Assembly (NCBI RefSeq): GCF_009834535.1
Contig: NC_045696.1
Coordinates: 67,644,001-67,708,000, forward strand
Length of the DNA: 64,000 nt
Source of the DNA: Camelus ferus
Taxonomy: Eukaryota
Reading direction: 5' to 3'
In this document: positions 1 through 12,799 of the stretch, in pieces
Layout: every line of letters begins with the position of its first letter
Position numbering within the stretch: the first letter of the stretch is position 1
Program-made: the position numbers and the translations under genes
The notes under the pieces: generated by a model
Told to the model about the DNA's origin: nothing
What the model saw: only the letters and a program-made list of their open reading frames with translations
The model's database searches: none

Positions 1-1369
1 CTAATTCATAGGAAGAATCTTTGTAAAATATCAAACATCAAATAAATGACAGTTACAATCACCAGGCAGGACATCTTACAAACCACCAACAAAGATGATT
101 TTCTTCTTGGAAGTGGCATGTCTGCAGAGTGATAGTGTCTCTCCAGTAAATCTCCACTCTTCTATTTGCTGATCTGGTACTTCAGTCTAATCTATTTGAA
201 TTTCACATTAATTGTAAAATTACAATTTTTGTAAAAGAGATGTAATTACTCTAAGTTCTTTTAACTACAAACCTTCAAATGCATGACATTTGGGGAATAT
301 GTGCTTTGCTGGCTCCTCAAATCACTATACTCTCTACGCCGTAGCCTTTGGCGCCAAAGATGAATGGTGAAGCAGAGCTCATGTTTGGTTATTCAGAGCG
401 AAGCAGCCTCCCTTATGCGCTCCTGCCTAGATGAGCTCCAGGCAAAAAAAGGCACAACTGCAGGTGCTCTCCCACCTGGGAGGCAGGTAGGGAAGGTGAG
501 AAGAAGGAGCCCCAGATCCTCAGGGTCAGGGAGAAGCCAGAGCAAAGATCTCTCGCCAGCCTACATCCAAGTTCTCAGTTCACGGCTACTCCTCTCCATA
601 TTCCCATATTCTCCGTGGTCGCCACACTTTAAGAAGGCAAACCCTCCTAAAAGGAGAAAGCCAGTGGCCTCTGTGGCAGGTGATAAGATCTCTATCAATT
701 TGCTCCCGTCCTATATACCACCTTACATGATTCCTACACAAGGCTAAAAGAAGCTGTTTCCATCACACTACAGCTAAAACCTACATGCGTTTCTTTCCGC
801 CATTAATTAGGCTTTATGTGTGTTATGCACAAGGGATTTGATATAACAAAGGCAAGATGATGATAAGACATTATTTCCATTGGCAGCCTTCACCTCAGCA
901 AGGCTCAAGACACAAAAGTTTGATGAATGGGATGAAATGTTCATGGCTGTGTTTTCAAACTAAACCCAGGTCTTGGTCTTGGCTATGCCCTACTAGTACT
1001 TGGCAGCGACTTCCGCTGAGAAGACATCTTTGTTCGGTTGCCTGGAATGATGCAAAAGGACAGTTGCACCAACATTGGGAAGAAAGGTGTTACCACACTG
1101 CACTGCTTTCCATATTTTGTCCTGTGGAAAAGCTATCCTCAACCAGACATCCTCACATTTGTCTACCAGGGCTCTAGCCCCCACCGTGGCTCTAATTCAC
1201 TGGGTTCAAAATGAGGTTTTACCAATTCCTTATTGTTAGATATTTTGATCGTCTCATAATTCTGGTTATTATGTAAAAACCAGGAGGACATTAAAATAAT
1301 ACTAGTTGATAACTACAAGTGTATATAAGTACATATGTAAGAGAGCTGGTGTGTACGTCTGTGGAGGTA

Positions 1370-1500
1370 TAAAAAGCCAGATACTAGAAGGAAATATACC
1401 AAAATGTTAAGAGCTCATGTTAGGACCATGGACGTACGAGCAAATTAATTTTTTTCTTTTCAATTTTTAAATTGTCTAAATAGAATATAATAAAAACATG
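1370..1500 (+). mobile_element. Ancient L1 (L1ME-like) 3' end fragment
   Basis: 'ctagaaggaaatataccaaaatgttaa' followed by a T-rich tract resembles the recalled L1ME 3'UTR motif. Confidence 0.5.
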
Positions 1501-1740
1501 AATGGCTCTTAGAAAATAACAACTATATAAAACATAGGATTTCAGTCTTTTCTTTAGTATTTTCAGACACGAAGCCAGAAGAAAATGAACAACCTAAAGT
1601 GGGGACAATTTGTCCAAAAAAATACAGACACCTAGATTTTTCAGTCTGATATGCACAGAAACACTTTCCTACTATACAAGCTGTTTCTATCTAAGTGGGC
1701 TTGACAGATGCCTGAACGTGACACAAGACACTGAAATAAC

Positions 1741-1790
1741 ATGCAAATCAGTTTTCGGTTTTAATATGCAAATATGACGCTTGGCACATC
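1741..1790 (+). promoter_or_regulatory. Paired octamer (ATGCAAAT x2) plus NFI half-site, putative enhancer core
   Basis: ATGCAAAT at 1741-1748 and 1766-1773, then TTGGCA at about 1781, in repeat-free DNA. Confidence 0.35.
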
Positions 1791-2427
1791 ACTTTCCATG
1801 GCTGAGGTAAATTTCTGTTTTTGAGATTTTCGTGGGAAATGCACGCCGGCAAACAAATGGTTAACTCCCCATATTTCACCTAACACGAGGTGGTTTTCAT
1901 TTGAGTCAGAAAGGTTCTTGCTCAGCGATCCAAGGCACTTTGGATGCTAAGAAAGGGCATGTGTTTTATTCAGTAACAATGCCACCCGCAGCAAACAAGT
2001 CCGCCCTCTGACAGATGCGCTGATCACACTGGATTTCTGCTCCTCGGTGGGGAGGCAGGCAGCGTCTCCGTGGGAATAACGGAGAAAAGGTTTTTTGTTT
2101 GACCTGTGAAGATCAAATCAAAGTAGCCCAACACGGTGGGAAGACAAGCTTCTGGAGACAGAAGAGGAAGGCGTCGAAAGTCCTTGCTCCCGGGTATTGG
2201 AACAGTGTGGAAAACTGTGGCCTTGGTGGCACCTACGTTAAATCAGCCACAAGCACTAGAAATTAGGTATTATGGCAATCAACAAGTTAATGAGATATAT
2301 TCAATACCCCAATTACTGGAACTAAAATTCCAGTTCAAGGAATTTATAATCCAGTGAAGAAATCAAGGTATTTCTCCCCATGTAGGGGGAGAAATAAAGA
2401 ATGAAAACTGATCGTTGACAGTAATCA

Positions 2428-2575
2428 ACGTGGCTCAGAGTGTAGGCTCTTGGGGCTACCTGCTTGGGTTTAAACCCTACATCCACTAATTAAAACTGTG
2501 CGACTCAGGGCAAGATGCTTCCTTTTACTAAGTATTAGTTGCCTAAACCCTAAAGTTGGGTCGCTAGGACTGACC
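2428..2575 (+). mobile_element. MIR SINE
   Basis: 'gcttgggtttaaaccc...ccactaattaaaactgtgcgactcagggcaag' matches the MIR core. Confidence 0.6.
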
Positions 2576-2939
2576 CCACGAATAAGGAGATGGACTACGT
2601 CGGTCACTTACTGCCTGCACTGATTAAGAACATTTACTTATCCCTAAAGATTTGTTATCCTGTGATAGACACCACATGATCAACATCAATGGATGATACA
2701 GATTTAGACAGTAGGCTGGAGCCTATCAAAAGCATGCTGGTGGGATAAGGGCAGGGTGACTCAGGACTTGAAGGAAAGGAAGAAAAGCCTTCACATTCCC
2801 ATGCTCCTCTACAGGCCACAAGTGTGTGTGCAACACTCACACTACATTTCACTGAATACTTTCCAAAGCAGGAATGTGTTTTTTGTACAAAGAGACAAAG
2901 CAAGTTAGTTGTTTGTTAAGTGACGATGTTAAGTAGCTT

Positions 2940-3036
2940 TGTGGAAATCACACCCATAGGCAGTGGCAGAGCCAGGAGTTAAAACATGAGTCTTCCGATC
3001 CAAGCTCAGTGTTTTTCCACTAATTTCCAGCTGCCT
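2940..3036 (-). mobile_element. MIR SINE fragment
   Basis: 'gtggcagagccaggagttaaaac...ctcagtgtttttccacta...ctgcctc' is an antisense MIR head. Confidence 0.55.
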
Positions 3037-3180
3037 CTATATATTCATTTAGAAATATGAAACTTACATGATTTGTCATAAAGGTTAATCAAGACAGTCA
3101 ACCTCACTGATTAAAGCATGATGCTAATTACACCAGAGGTTGGAGACCAATGTGGTCCCATTTACTTTCAGAAACACTGA

Positions 3181-3440
3181 TTGTGGTGTAATGGAGAAAG
3201 TGTGGGCTTCGGAAGCGAAAAAAAGCTGGTTCAAATGCCAAGTTATATGACTTGTTTTGCATAACATTTCACAAGTTTTTTAAAACTTGTCTTAGCATAA
3301 ATGTCTCCATCAGTAAATGGGGTCGGGGGCAGGCAGGGGAGGGGGGGTGCTTCCATTCCAGGGCCATGTGAGTCATACCTGAGATGGTACGTAGCATGTG
3401 CTAATATTTAATAGGGGCTCATGACCTGTACTAAATGCTC
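3181..3440 (+). mobile_element. MIR SINE with internal G-rich insert
   Basis: 'gtggtgtaatggagaaagtgtgggcttcgg...ggttcaaatgcc...ctccatcagtaaatgggg'. Confidence 0.6.
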
Positions 3441-3764
3441 ACAATCAGTCTGTCAAATCTGAGCTACGGAGGCCTTTCAAATGTGGCAGGAAGGTGGATG
3501 AGGGAACATGAATGACTCAGTGTTGTTCATCGGCACTGCGGCAGAGGGGAAGAAAGCGCGTGCTCTGATACTGACTCTAAAGGCCAAAAGCATTTAATAT
3601 TTCTAACTGAGTAGCAACCTTGATTCAAACAACAGTGATTCTATTGAAGGACTATCCCTTTCCCTACACTCTGAAAGGTAGAAACACACAGGTTTTTAAT
3701 TTATTGATTGAGCTCTGGTTTATGAGACTGAAAACTAAGGCAGACTGAGGGTTTAGCAGGGGCC

Positions 3765-3952
3765 AGACAATGTTCAAAATGTTACGTTAACTCACTTCAT
3801 CACCACAGCAACCCCATCTGATTGCACAGTCTGATTTTACAAATGAGAAAACGGAGGCACAGAGATCACCTTGCCAGTAGCTGGGAACTTGGAGTTTGAA
3901 TCTAGTCGTCAGCTCTAGAAAGTGCAAGCTTAACCGTCACACAAACTGCCTC
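3765..3952 (-). mobile_element. MIR SINE
   Basis: 'attttacaaatgagaaaacggaggcacagaga...gagtttgaatctag...cttaacc...actgcctc'. Confidence 0.75.
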
Positions 3953-4268
3953 AGCATCTCAGCCCACTTACCTTTTTTTCAGTGGAATTTTATGACTTTA
4001 TCTCCTTATGTTTAGGAGAATTTAACCCTGTATGATAAATCTTGAGCTATCAAAGGAAACTTCCGTAGGGACCAGTACTACATTTTATGACATGATTTCA
4101 CCTGTGTAGAAACATGGCAACCAAGAAAACAACAAACACCCTGGGTAATTCTGACACAGGTCAACAGAATTGACACAGACAAGACTGAGAGCGACATGGC
4201 CATTTTTGATGTCCTCACTCATGATTCAGCAAGAGAATTAGAACTTCTCTTCAAAAGACTGCTTCCTT

Positions 4269-4301
4269 TATCCATATCCATATCCATATCCATATCCATA
4301 T
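4269..4301. repeat. (TATCCA)5 hexanucleotide microsatellite
   Basis: Read directly from the sequence. Confidence 0.9.
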
Positions 4302-4624
4302 GAGCTGGAGGGAAAATGCTAAATCTTAAAAGGGTAAAAGGAAATAATATATAGCACCGTGCTAGAGGTGGGCAGAGGGAAAGTCACATAAAGGGACACT
4401 AATACTCTAATATTAAAAGCTAAAAGATACTACCACTTCCTAGTGACCGAAGTAATCTTTTTTTTTTTTCCTTGCTGGGTTACAGCATAGGCATGAATAA
4501 AATACTACGAAATATTCTGTTCTGCAAAAACTTGGGCTCCACCAACATGTGCTAACCCATCGTCTATTTGGGAGGTAACTGTAGATCCTTTGCACTCTCC
4601 GAGCATTTCAAAAACAAAAGACAT

Positions 4625-4745
4625 ATTGGAGATCATTTAGTGGTAGAGGAATCCCTTCATTTATGATGAGGAAACTGAGAGTCAAGGAGGGGAACTGAGT
4701 TGTCCCAGGTCACCAAGGAAAATGAGAGGCAGAATCAAGAAGAAG
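4625..4745 (-). mobile_element. MIR/MIR3 SINE
   Basis: 'ttggagatcatttag...gatgaggaaactgagagtcaaggagggg...tgtcccaggtcac'. Confidence 0.6.
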
Positions 4746-5299
4746 GGCTCAGATCAGGAAAGTAGGGTTACTTTGAAACGAGACAGTTCCTTTCCCACTA
4801 GGAAAGAGTCACTCAGAACAGTGATGCATCCTCGATGCCCTACAAAGTATGTTTGTTCTTGGCAGAACTTTGGGAGCCCTCATCTGCATTGAGGCAGCAC
4901 TCTGAGATCCCGAGATGGAAGCTGCTATAAAGCGAAAATCAGGGCTGTTATTCTCGGCGAGCCTACACAGACTGACAACAGCTGGCACGAACAGATGTGG
5001 TCCACAGAGGAGTCTGCTGGCTGTGCTGGTGCCGTCCCTGGGCCGGTCTCCTTTTCCTCGACTTAACAAAGGCTGTTTCTCCTCATGTGACGCAGACTCC
5101 TTGAGCCACTTCTTGTTACAGGTGAGCCCAGAGTCCTAGCCAAGCTAGCCTCAATCTCTCCCTTCTCTTTTTGTCTTATTTGTTGTTTCTTAAGGACACA
5201 CATGCCTTTCAGAAAGAACTACTTCTTTTGGTGAGAATTTTCTTGACCCAAGACCTGATGCAATGCCTGGGGATTACAACAGTAACACCCATGGAGTCA

Positions 5300-5462
5300 C
5301 CACTCTGTACCTGATTTATCTCCTTGAACCTTTGAAATAATCCAGGGACAAGAGTACTGTGGCTACCTCACTTGACAGATGAGGAAACAGACACAGAGAA
5401 CCGACAGGGCTGGCTGCAAGTCACGGAGCTGGATTTGTGCTCAGCCACACTGACTCTACAAA
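5300..5462 (-). mobile_element. MIR SINE
   Basis: 'cacttgacagatgaggaaacagacacagag...caagtcacggagctggatttg'. Confidence 0.65.
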
Positions 5463-7169
5463 CTGCCCCCCAAGTTCTAGTAACTGGAGACTGAGACCCG
5501 GAAGGATGGGCTCAAAAGTGCCACTAGAATAAGAAAGACGTAGGTTTGATATAATTAAATGCCACAAACCCACAAAGGGTTATTGTTATCACACCACCAC
5601 GAACATCATCAAACTCTGTATGTTTCACCATCTCTGTCGTTCTACCCTCAGTAATAGGCAGAAAGCAAGTTATTACTGGCTGTGTTCTTTTTCTAATCAA
5701 GAGATGCATTGCAGTGACTGACCGGGGCCATTCAGCAGGGCCTCGACCTTTCTGACGACGCTTCATGTTACGGACTCAGCTTACAAGCCTCCAAACTCAG
5801 GCCAACACTACTCCCTGAAATGTTTGCTTTTGGCTGATCTTTAAAAAAAAAATTGCTTTAGTGAGAGGCTGAAGAAAATGAGCATCGAGGTGGCTGTGAT
5901 TGTTTCTGATGCTAACAGCTCAGTGCTTAGAGGAAGGTCAGGACAGAGAAACATGGGTGCCCTGGGGTTTTGCTGCCAGGGCTGTGCCGACCCAGCAGAG
6001 ATGAGAATCATGAGGGAAGCTGTTTATTTATTTACTTGCTTGTTTTCCAGGTTCCATAGAGGGACGTTCTGTCTTTATATAAAGCTTGGTTGTACATTTT
6101 CAGGAATCCCCTCCATTTGCCCCTTGGTATCTCTGTCCTAAACCATGGATGTGAAACACTGTCATACAACGTCCACATCACCATAAAAACCAAATTGGAA
6201 AACCTCAGTGTGCTTTACTGTCTCTGGAGCTCAATCTGCAGTCTCAGATAGTAACTAGGAGTCAAGAGTTACTCACCCCAACTAAGAAATATAAATAGGA
6301 AGCAAGGACAGAGCAGCCTGGTGGTGACGAGTTTTAGATCCCACTTTGTCATCAACGTGCTGAGTGCAATTTAGATAGTAATTTCTCCTCTCTGGGTCTG
6401 GTCCCCTCCAGTGGGGATATTCCTCAATCTCCTAACGCATATGTTCCTTGTGGCAAACAAAGGGGGAAAGAGAAGTAAAATTACTCAAGTAATTTGCGAA
6501 CAGAACAAGCATAAAGGAAACACACAAATTCTCTTTATCCTCCTCCTCTTCATCAACAACACAGCAAAGATTCTTTAAGCCAGTCAATAAATCGATGCTT
6601 CAATGCACCTCATCCCCCACTCCCCTGCTTAGGCAGTTCCTCCTACTGCCCTTGCTCAGCGGTGGAGACACTGAAGCCCTGGATTGTATGTAGAAAGCTC
6701 AGGCATTGCGGCCAGGATTCAAACACGACGACAGTTTGTGGCCGTGCCTGCTACCCCCGTGTGCTACTGTAAGTGCTGCATTCTGGGTGTCTGTTTTCTC
6801 TTCTCTGTTTTCTAAACTTCGGCTATGTTTTATGTTGCTCTCATAACTAAAAGTTGAAATTTGTTTATCCAGATCGTATTTACTGAGCAGGCTCAAGGTG
6901 GCAGGCATGGCGTCAGTCAGCACTTGGATTAGAGAGGGGAGGGTACAATCAGAAACACTAAATGCCCCACGGCCCAGCAGCGTGAACTGTCGTCAGACAC
7001 AGGAACACTGTTTCTCCTCTATGGAGAAGACGTGGCTAGACATATCCTTAAAAAAAAATTAAAAAAAGGATGTTGGATGAAGATAAACACAGCGATAAGA
7101 GGTAACCATAATTACCAACCAAAAAGGTGAAGGCATTGTACTAAATGAATGTTCTACAAATTACATAGG

Positions 7170-7310
7170 GTATCATCAGACCTCTTTCTACACATGAGGA
7201 TAACAGAGGCCCAGGGAAGCTGAGTAGATTGTCTGAAGTCTTGCAGGTGGGACAGGAAAAGCCATGACTCAGATCCTGGTCTGGCCGGCTCCAGTGCTTG
7301 TGCTCTTGAC
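7170..7310 (-). mobile_element. MIR SINE
   Basis: 'tacacatgaggataacagaggcccagggaagctgagtagattgtctgaagtc'. Confidence 0.5.
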
Positions 7311-7784
7311 CACGAAACTCCCTGGAGAAGAGGGAGGGTGACATGGAAGGAGAGAAGCAGGCTGTGACTATTCTCTTATTCCACCTGGCTCTGACTACAG
7401 GGACTTCGGTGAGTATTTATAGAACCCATCTATATTTCACACCGTTATTTATCATCTTTTAAAATGTGCTATTGCTTGTGCTTGAAGGGAACACAGAAAT
7501 TAGGCCAACCTCTCACTTCCAACTTGTAGGTTAAAGAAACTTGGAACATTTTGGGGGACATTAAAAAAACTAGAGGTAAAATTGGGAAACAAATGGAAAT
7601 TTCTCTTTCAACAAGTTGGAGCAGTCCCTTTGAAGCAACGTATTTTTCACGTTGAAGGGTGCTTCATACCAGCATGGCTACGGCAAATTTAGAAGCTTAT
7701 AGGTTGAGGTTTACTCAGTTCTAACCTCCAAAGGAAAAGCCCAACCCACAGGAGACAGCAAGGCGATCAGATGGAGACTGGGTG

Positions 7785-7990
7785 TCATGTGCCATAGCAA
7801 ATGTGGGACTCAGAAGCCGAGGACTAGGATTTCAGCCCTAAATCGACCACATACTAGTCACATGACCTAGCACATGCCACATAATCTCTCTAGACCTCAC
7901 TTGCCTATTCTGGACCAGGTGGGTAGATTTAAAGATATTACGATTGGAAGCACTCTATAAATCTTAAGGGTTGGTCAAATGTAAATATTG
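7785..7990 (+). mobile_element. MIR SINE
   Basis: 'gggactcagaagccgaggactaggatttcagccct...catgacctagcacatgccacataatctctctagacctcac'. Confidence 0.6.
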
Positions 7991-8814
7991 ACAATATCAA
8001 GAATAGAAGACATGGCCTATGATGGAATAGGTTTACCTTGTGATCAGTCAGGGGAAGAGACACAGTGATTTCACAGGTCAGAGGAACCTATCAATCTTAA
8101 GAATCCCATTCTGCATTTCCTAAACTCACACACTGAGCCAAAAAATGAACTCAGATCTCCTGATACACCACCATGTGCTAAGAAGACAAGACAAAGAAGT
8201 ACTGATACCTTTCTCACGGTTTCTCTGATGTAACAGCAAACGTCTTACAAACACATAGCACAAATACCTAGATGACTTTGAGCAAGTCAGTTTCCTTCTG
8301 CAGGTGTCAATCTCCCTAGAGACTGAATGAACATAGTGCAGAGTACGAATTCGTACCTTGTGGACCTCAGATTTTATTAGCAATGAGATCATGAATTGTG
8401 AAAATGTTCTGAAAACAACGAAACGTCACACAAAGGCCAGGGACAGCCAACATCACGTCTTTAAGCCTCAGTGAGAAGGACTCAATCACTTGCAAAGACA
8501 GCTGATTATACAAGCACAAGCAAGTCAACTTCTCCTGCCAAGATTTGTTGTCCTTGGTCAAATGTTAGCATTTTGGACCCAGAGAAAATTTCATCATTTT
8601 CCTTTGACTTTGGGTCTGACTTTTTGCAAAATGCATGCCTGAGATTCAGGAACTAAGGATTCAGAACCCAACACAAGTCCTGACTGTAGTTCACAGCCTA
8701 GAGTAAGCAATTTGACCACTGACAGAGCCAAGAAGGAATCTGCTAGCTACAGAACACAGGCTGAAATGTCCCCAACCCTCAGGCTCCAGAGTACACAGGC
8801 CCTCCAGACAGACA

Positions 8815-9105
8815 GCAAACGTATACTGAATGCCTACCATGTGCTAGGCAATGTGATAAAGAAAGGAACAGATTTACAAAGCTCCAGAGATGCCGAGTGC
8901 ATCCTATCCGCCCATTTAATCTTTCCATATCCTCAGTGAGGCAGGCACTTTTAGCCCTGATTTACAGATCAGTTACTGAGGGGCATGTAGAGAAAATAAC
9001 AGAGTGAGATTGTAATCCAGGTTTAACTTTGAAACTTGCACTTTTTTTCAGTTGAACAAACGTGCCTGCCCTCCAGGAGCTCAAAATCTAGTGGGAAAGG
9101 CAGAA
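8815..9105 (-). mobile_element. L2 3' fragment interrupted by an antisense MIR (about 8895-9050)
   Basis: L2 'caaacgtatactgaatgcctaccatgtgctaggca' and 'cctgccctccaggagctcaaaatctagtggg' flank MIR 'tttacagatcagttactgagg'. Confidence 0.6.
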
Positions 9106-9116
9106 AGGCAACTCAA

Positions 9117-9235
9117 TAGACTGTGAGCTCCTTGAGGGCAAGGGCCATTTTTTAAAATTCTTTCTTGTATCTTCAGAGCCAAGTGTGGTATCTGCCATGC
9201 AGAAGGTGCTCAATCAGTGTCTGCTGAATGGATAA
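9117..9235 (+). mobile_element. L2 LINE 3' end
   Basis: 'tagactgtgagctccttgagggcaaggg...gaaggtgctcaatcagtgtctgctgaatggat' is a classic L2 terminus. Confidence 0.8.
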
Positions 9236-10642
9236 ACCATCACCAGATGTTTTGTCTCTTAAAATACAAGTCTCATTGTATCAGTTCTCTGTTCTCACAC
9301 ACCTCTGCTGGCTGCTCTTTGCCAATTCCCTGAGAATTACTTTAAAAAGTTCTTTGCGGTCCTGCCTTCGCAGCCTCAACTTCCACAATCTGATCCCCTC
9401 CACGTGCCCTGTACACCACCTCCCTATCGTCCGACCATCTGGGCATCTCGATGGTACTCAACTGATGTTCTATGAATGAACAAACACATATGGGAAGGGA
9501 TAGATCTGTGCTATGTATTTGCCCTGAATATAATCATGCCTTGTGAACACCAAGGTTAGATATATCCATTAGGAGGCTTCATAGAAGACAGTTGATTGGA
9601 ACCATCCTACTTTAAAATCTCAAAGGCTAGATGACATTGCATAGGAAAAATTCAATCCCTTTTTACTACTAATTAGACAAATGACATCAGAACAAAACAT
9701 TTTTCTTTAAATCAGAATATGAGCTGTGCCAAATTCTATCTTCTCCTAAAGGATATGGGTACGGGCCAAAAGCCCATCATATACATTGTTTTTCTTCTCC
9801 TAAGTACTTAGGGAAAATTAAGTCTCATTTGGCATGCAGTGGCTCTCAGCAAGGTCATGGTTCCTCTGCAGTGGTGCCTGGGGCAGTTAAGGTAAGAACT
9901 AAGTTTTCAAAAAGAAGAAACTTCAGCCATCTTTGAAAATAAGACACCTGGTTAGGCAGGGTTGCATGAGAATATTCCAGGTTTTGGTCAAGAAGTCAGA
10001 AAGAGACAGTAAGAAATTTGGAGACACTCCTAAGTTGGTCCTTCCATCCTTGACCTTGGTATTGAGTAGACTGTGGTGCACGGCCCGAGGACAGAAGAGG
10101 TCTGCTCCTATCAGGCTGTCAGATGTCTCTAAAATGAGGCAGCTGGAACTGAACCTGATGAATTCCCGTAATTTGGAAACTGGAAATAAGAAAGCGTGGA
10201 GAAAAGAGACAAGCTGTAACCAAGCATACAGCTCTAAAAACTTCTAAGAAAGCCACAAAATTCTTTTATTATTTTGACAGCAAGTAAAGCTAAGAAAACC
10301 TCTGTCCTTTCATGGAGCCCGACACTGAGTTCTCACATCTGTACATCTATTTCACCTCAGCACGCATATACCAGGTGCCTCTGCTGGTCCCCAGACTAAA
10401 GTCTGAAAGCCCCTGCCTAAAGTCTATTTGAAGATTAGAAGCAACTTTCACATCCTTGATGTTGATGTCTCCCCCTGCCCCCCTTTTTGTACTGCCTGCA
10501 AATGCGGCACTGAGATGAGAGAGCAGACAGAAGCAGCGTCCCAGCTCGCTGAGCGCTTGGTGAGCGTGTCCCGTGTTGATTCGTCTCGTGGTTGCCGGCA
10601 GAGTGTTTCCATTTCCTCCCTCGGCTGGCCCATCCACTAAGT

Positions 10643-10824
10643 CAGGGGTTCTCAAGCCTGGCTGTCCATCAGAATCACCCGGGAAGCTTATAAAATAATA
10701 ATGCCCACTCCCCACCCAAGAACAATTAAATCAGCATCTCTGGGGGTGAATCTCAGGAACCTGGTGTGGTTAAAAGGCTTCCCAGATGATTCTGACAAGC
10801 ACGTGGGGACAAGAGCGAGTGCTG
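10643..10824. mobile_element. MER5A-type hAT-Charlie DNA transposon
   Basis: 'caggggttctcaagcctggctg...catcagaatcacccggg...aattaaatcagcatctctgggggtg...cccagatgattctga'. Confidence 0.8.
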
Positions 10825-11146
10825 GTTTGAACACTGGGAGTCATACACCAAGTCAGCTTCTCTCTTGTTTACTGCCTTGCATTCTGCAGGGAAGCATCTG
10901 TGCCCCCTGCATCCATCATGCCCATTAGATTTCTCCCCAGAGACATCCATCAGGGTAAGAGCTGCAAGAGTGGCCATGTGGACAAGCTGGGGCCACCACC
11001 CTAGTTTAAAAGAGCCTCGCACTTTCTATGACTTCCCTTTATTATTACTGCCTTTGGTACAGGTCTGCAGCTACAATAAAATCATCCAGAGAAGAGCCAT
11101 GTACCTTGACTGATATGATTTGTCCTCAAAGCTTCATGCTGTTTTC

Positions 11147-11375
11147 AATAATAATCATGGCTACATTTATTGGACACTTAGAGTGTGCAGGCACTGGGCT
11201 ATATATTTTATATAGATTATTGCATTTAGTCCAGAAATCCCTGTGAGGCAAGTATAGTTAACATCCCCATTGTACAGATGAAGAAACTGAGGCTCAATGA
11301 AGTGAACAATGGATGATACACTCTGGCCCAGGGCTGCGTGGCTCCAAAGCCGGTAATCATATACGTTAGCTGTGG
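11147..11375 (-). mobile_element. MIR SINE
   Basis: 'ctacatttattggacactta...caggcactg...ccccattgtacagatgaagaaactgaggctca'. Confidence 0.85.
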
Positions 11376-12534
11376 CGACACCCTGACTGCATCACTGTCT
11401 TCACAAAGATGGAGGGAAAATGAGACCTCAGGATGGGAATATTTGACCCCAAGAGTAAGAAGTCATCCTTGGGACCTGTTCAGGTGCCTGATAATATCCC
11501 TGGCCCTGGCCTAAATGAAGGCTAAATGAGTGAAGAAAAGGGAGGAGGTGGTTGGGGGAGGAAAGAAAATCTGTAGAGGAAAATCAGTTGCTAAGTTAAG
11601 ATATTTTTAAAGCATAGGTGACAAAGTAAGCATGGCGGCTACACTCAGTGCAGGCCGTGATATCAAGTGTGTTTCCAAAAGATTCAAGAGGCATGTGAAA
11701 AGGTAAGCTGTGCAGCTCCCAGGCAGTGGGCTCATGCTGCTGGCTGATCGAGCCAGCTCCGAGGGGGAAGGAAGAGCGGCTGCAGCCCCGGGGAAGGTGG
11801 GGGGCAGAGGCTTTCCTCAGCACTGTGCCCTGCTAAAGGGCACTCCTCCGGTGGGCTCCTTCTCCTGGCTATCCTCTTCTCAGTGGACACTTATCCCTAC
11901 CCAGGAAGGGGTGACCCAGAAATTCTTTAAGAATAGTAGAGAAGGTTGACCAAGGGAGCAAAAATAAATGTCTGTAACTCAGAATTCCTTGGTTCCAATG
12001 GGGCGTGGGTTGTACCAAAGTAAATGGGTTGAATTTGAGAAGCTTCCTTCGCCAGTGGAGAGGCGAGTACTTCTTCGGAAAGTAGTCCAGTTTGTACACT
12101 GGGTTTATGCAGCTGAGGGTGCTCTAAGGGCCGCAGGTGTTGGCAGTGAGCTTCCTGACCCGGAGCAGAGTGCTGCAGTGGACACAGCCGTGCTCTGCTC
12201 GCCATGCTGGTCTCAGACCTACAACTGCCTAGTGGCCCCATGGAGACAAATTAGATGAGGTGGATAAGATCTCTGACTTTCAAAGTCCCTCCTATTCTGG
12301 CACTAAGCTTTATTTTCAACCTTATCTTCCACTACTGTTCTCTCAACACAACCACAGAGGCCATTTTCCACTTCAAGCCTACCATCCATATTATGTCCAC
12401 TGGGATGAACGCCAAGGGCCAGGCATTCCCAAACATCCTCTGGAGGGTTAGTGCTACTAGACTTCAAATGCTCCTTCAGGTGCCTCATTCCTTGATCCAC
12501 GGAACGCTAAGCAACTTCTTTCTCCTCTTGCCTC

Positions 12535-12770
12535 TCAGAGCAGCACAGAGTGGTTAAGAGCATGCACACTTGCGCCTACTGCCTGGACCCATTGCTATTA
12601 ACTGTGTGACTCTGGGCAGGTTACTTACCCTCGCTGTGCATCAGTGAAAAAGGGAGATAATGACAGCACTCACATTTCAAAAGGCTGTTCCGAGGATGAT
12701 GTGAGTTAATAAACTACACAGAACTGTACTTGACAGACAAGAAGTGCAGTATAAGTACTCGGTAAATAAA
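12535..12770 (+). mobile_element. MIR SINE, near full length
   Basis: 'cagcacagagtggttaagagcatg...ctgtgtgactctgggcaggttacttaccctcgctgtgcatcagt'. Confidence 0.8.
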
Positions 12771-12799
12771 TAAGTATTTCTTATGTGGCAACAACTACT

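Noticed and set aside
1921..1951. About 31-nt hairpin (ctcagcgatccaag...tttggatgctaag)
   Set aside because: Too short for a pre-miRNA and expected by chance in 64 kb
3967..4100. Strong minus-strand donor AAG|gtaagt at about 3971
   Set aside because: Nearby acceptors are weak and all frames of the implied exon contain stops; lone donors are common
10372..10390. CTCF-like motif (gtgcctctgctggtcc)
   Set aside because: Lacks a base of the core consensus and cannot be supported without ChIP data
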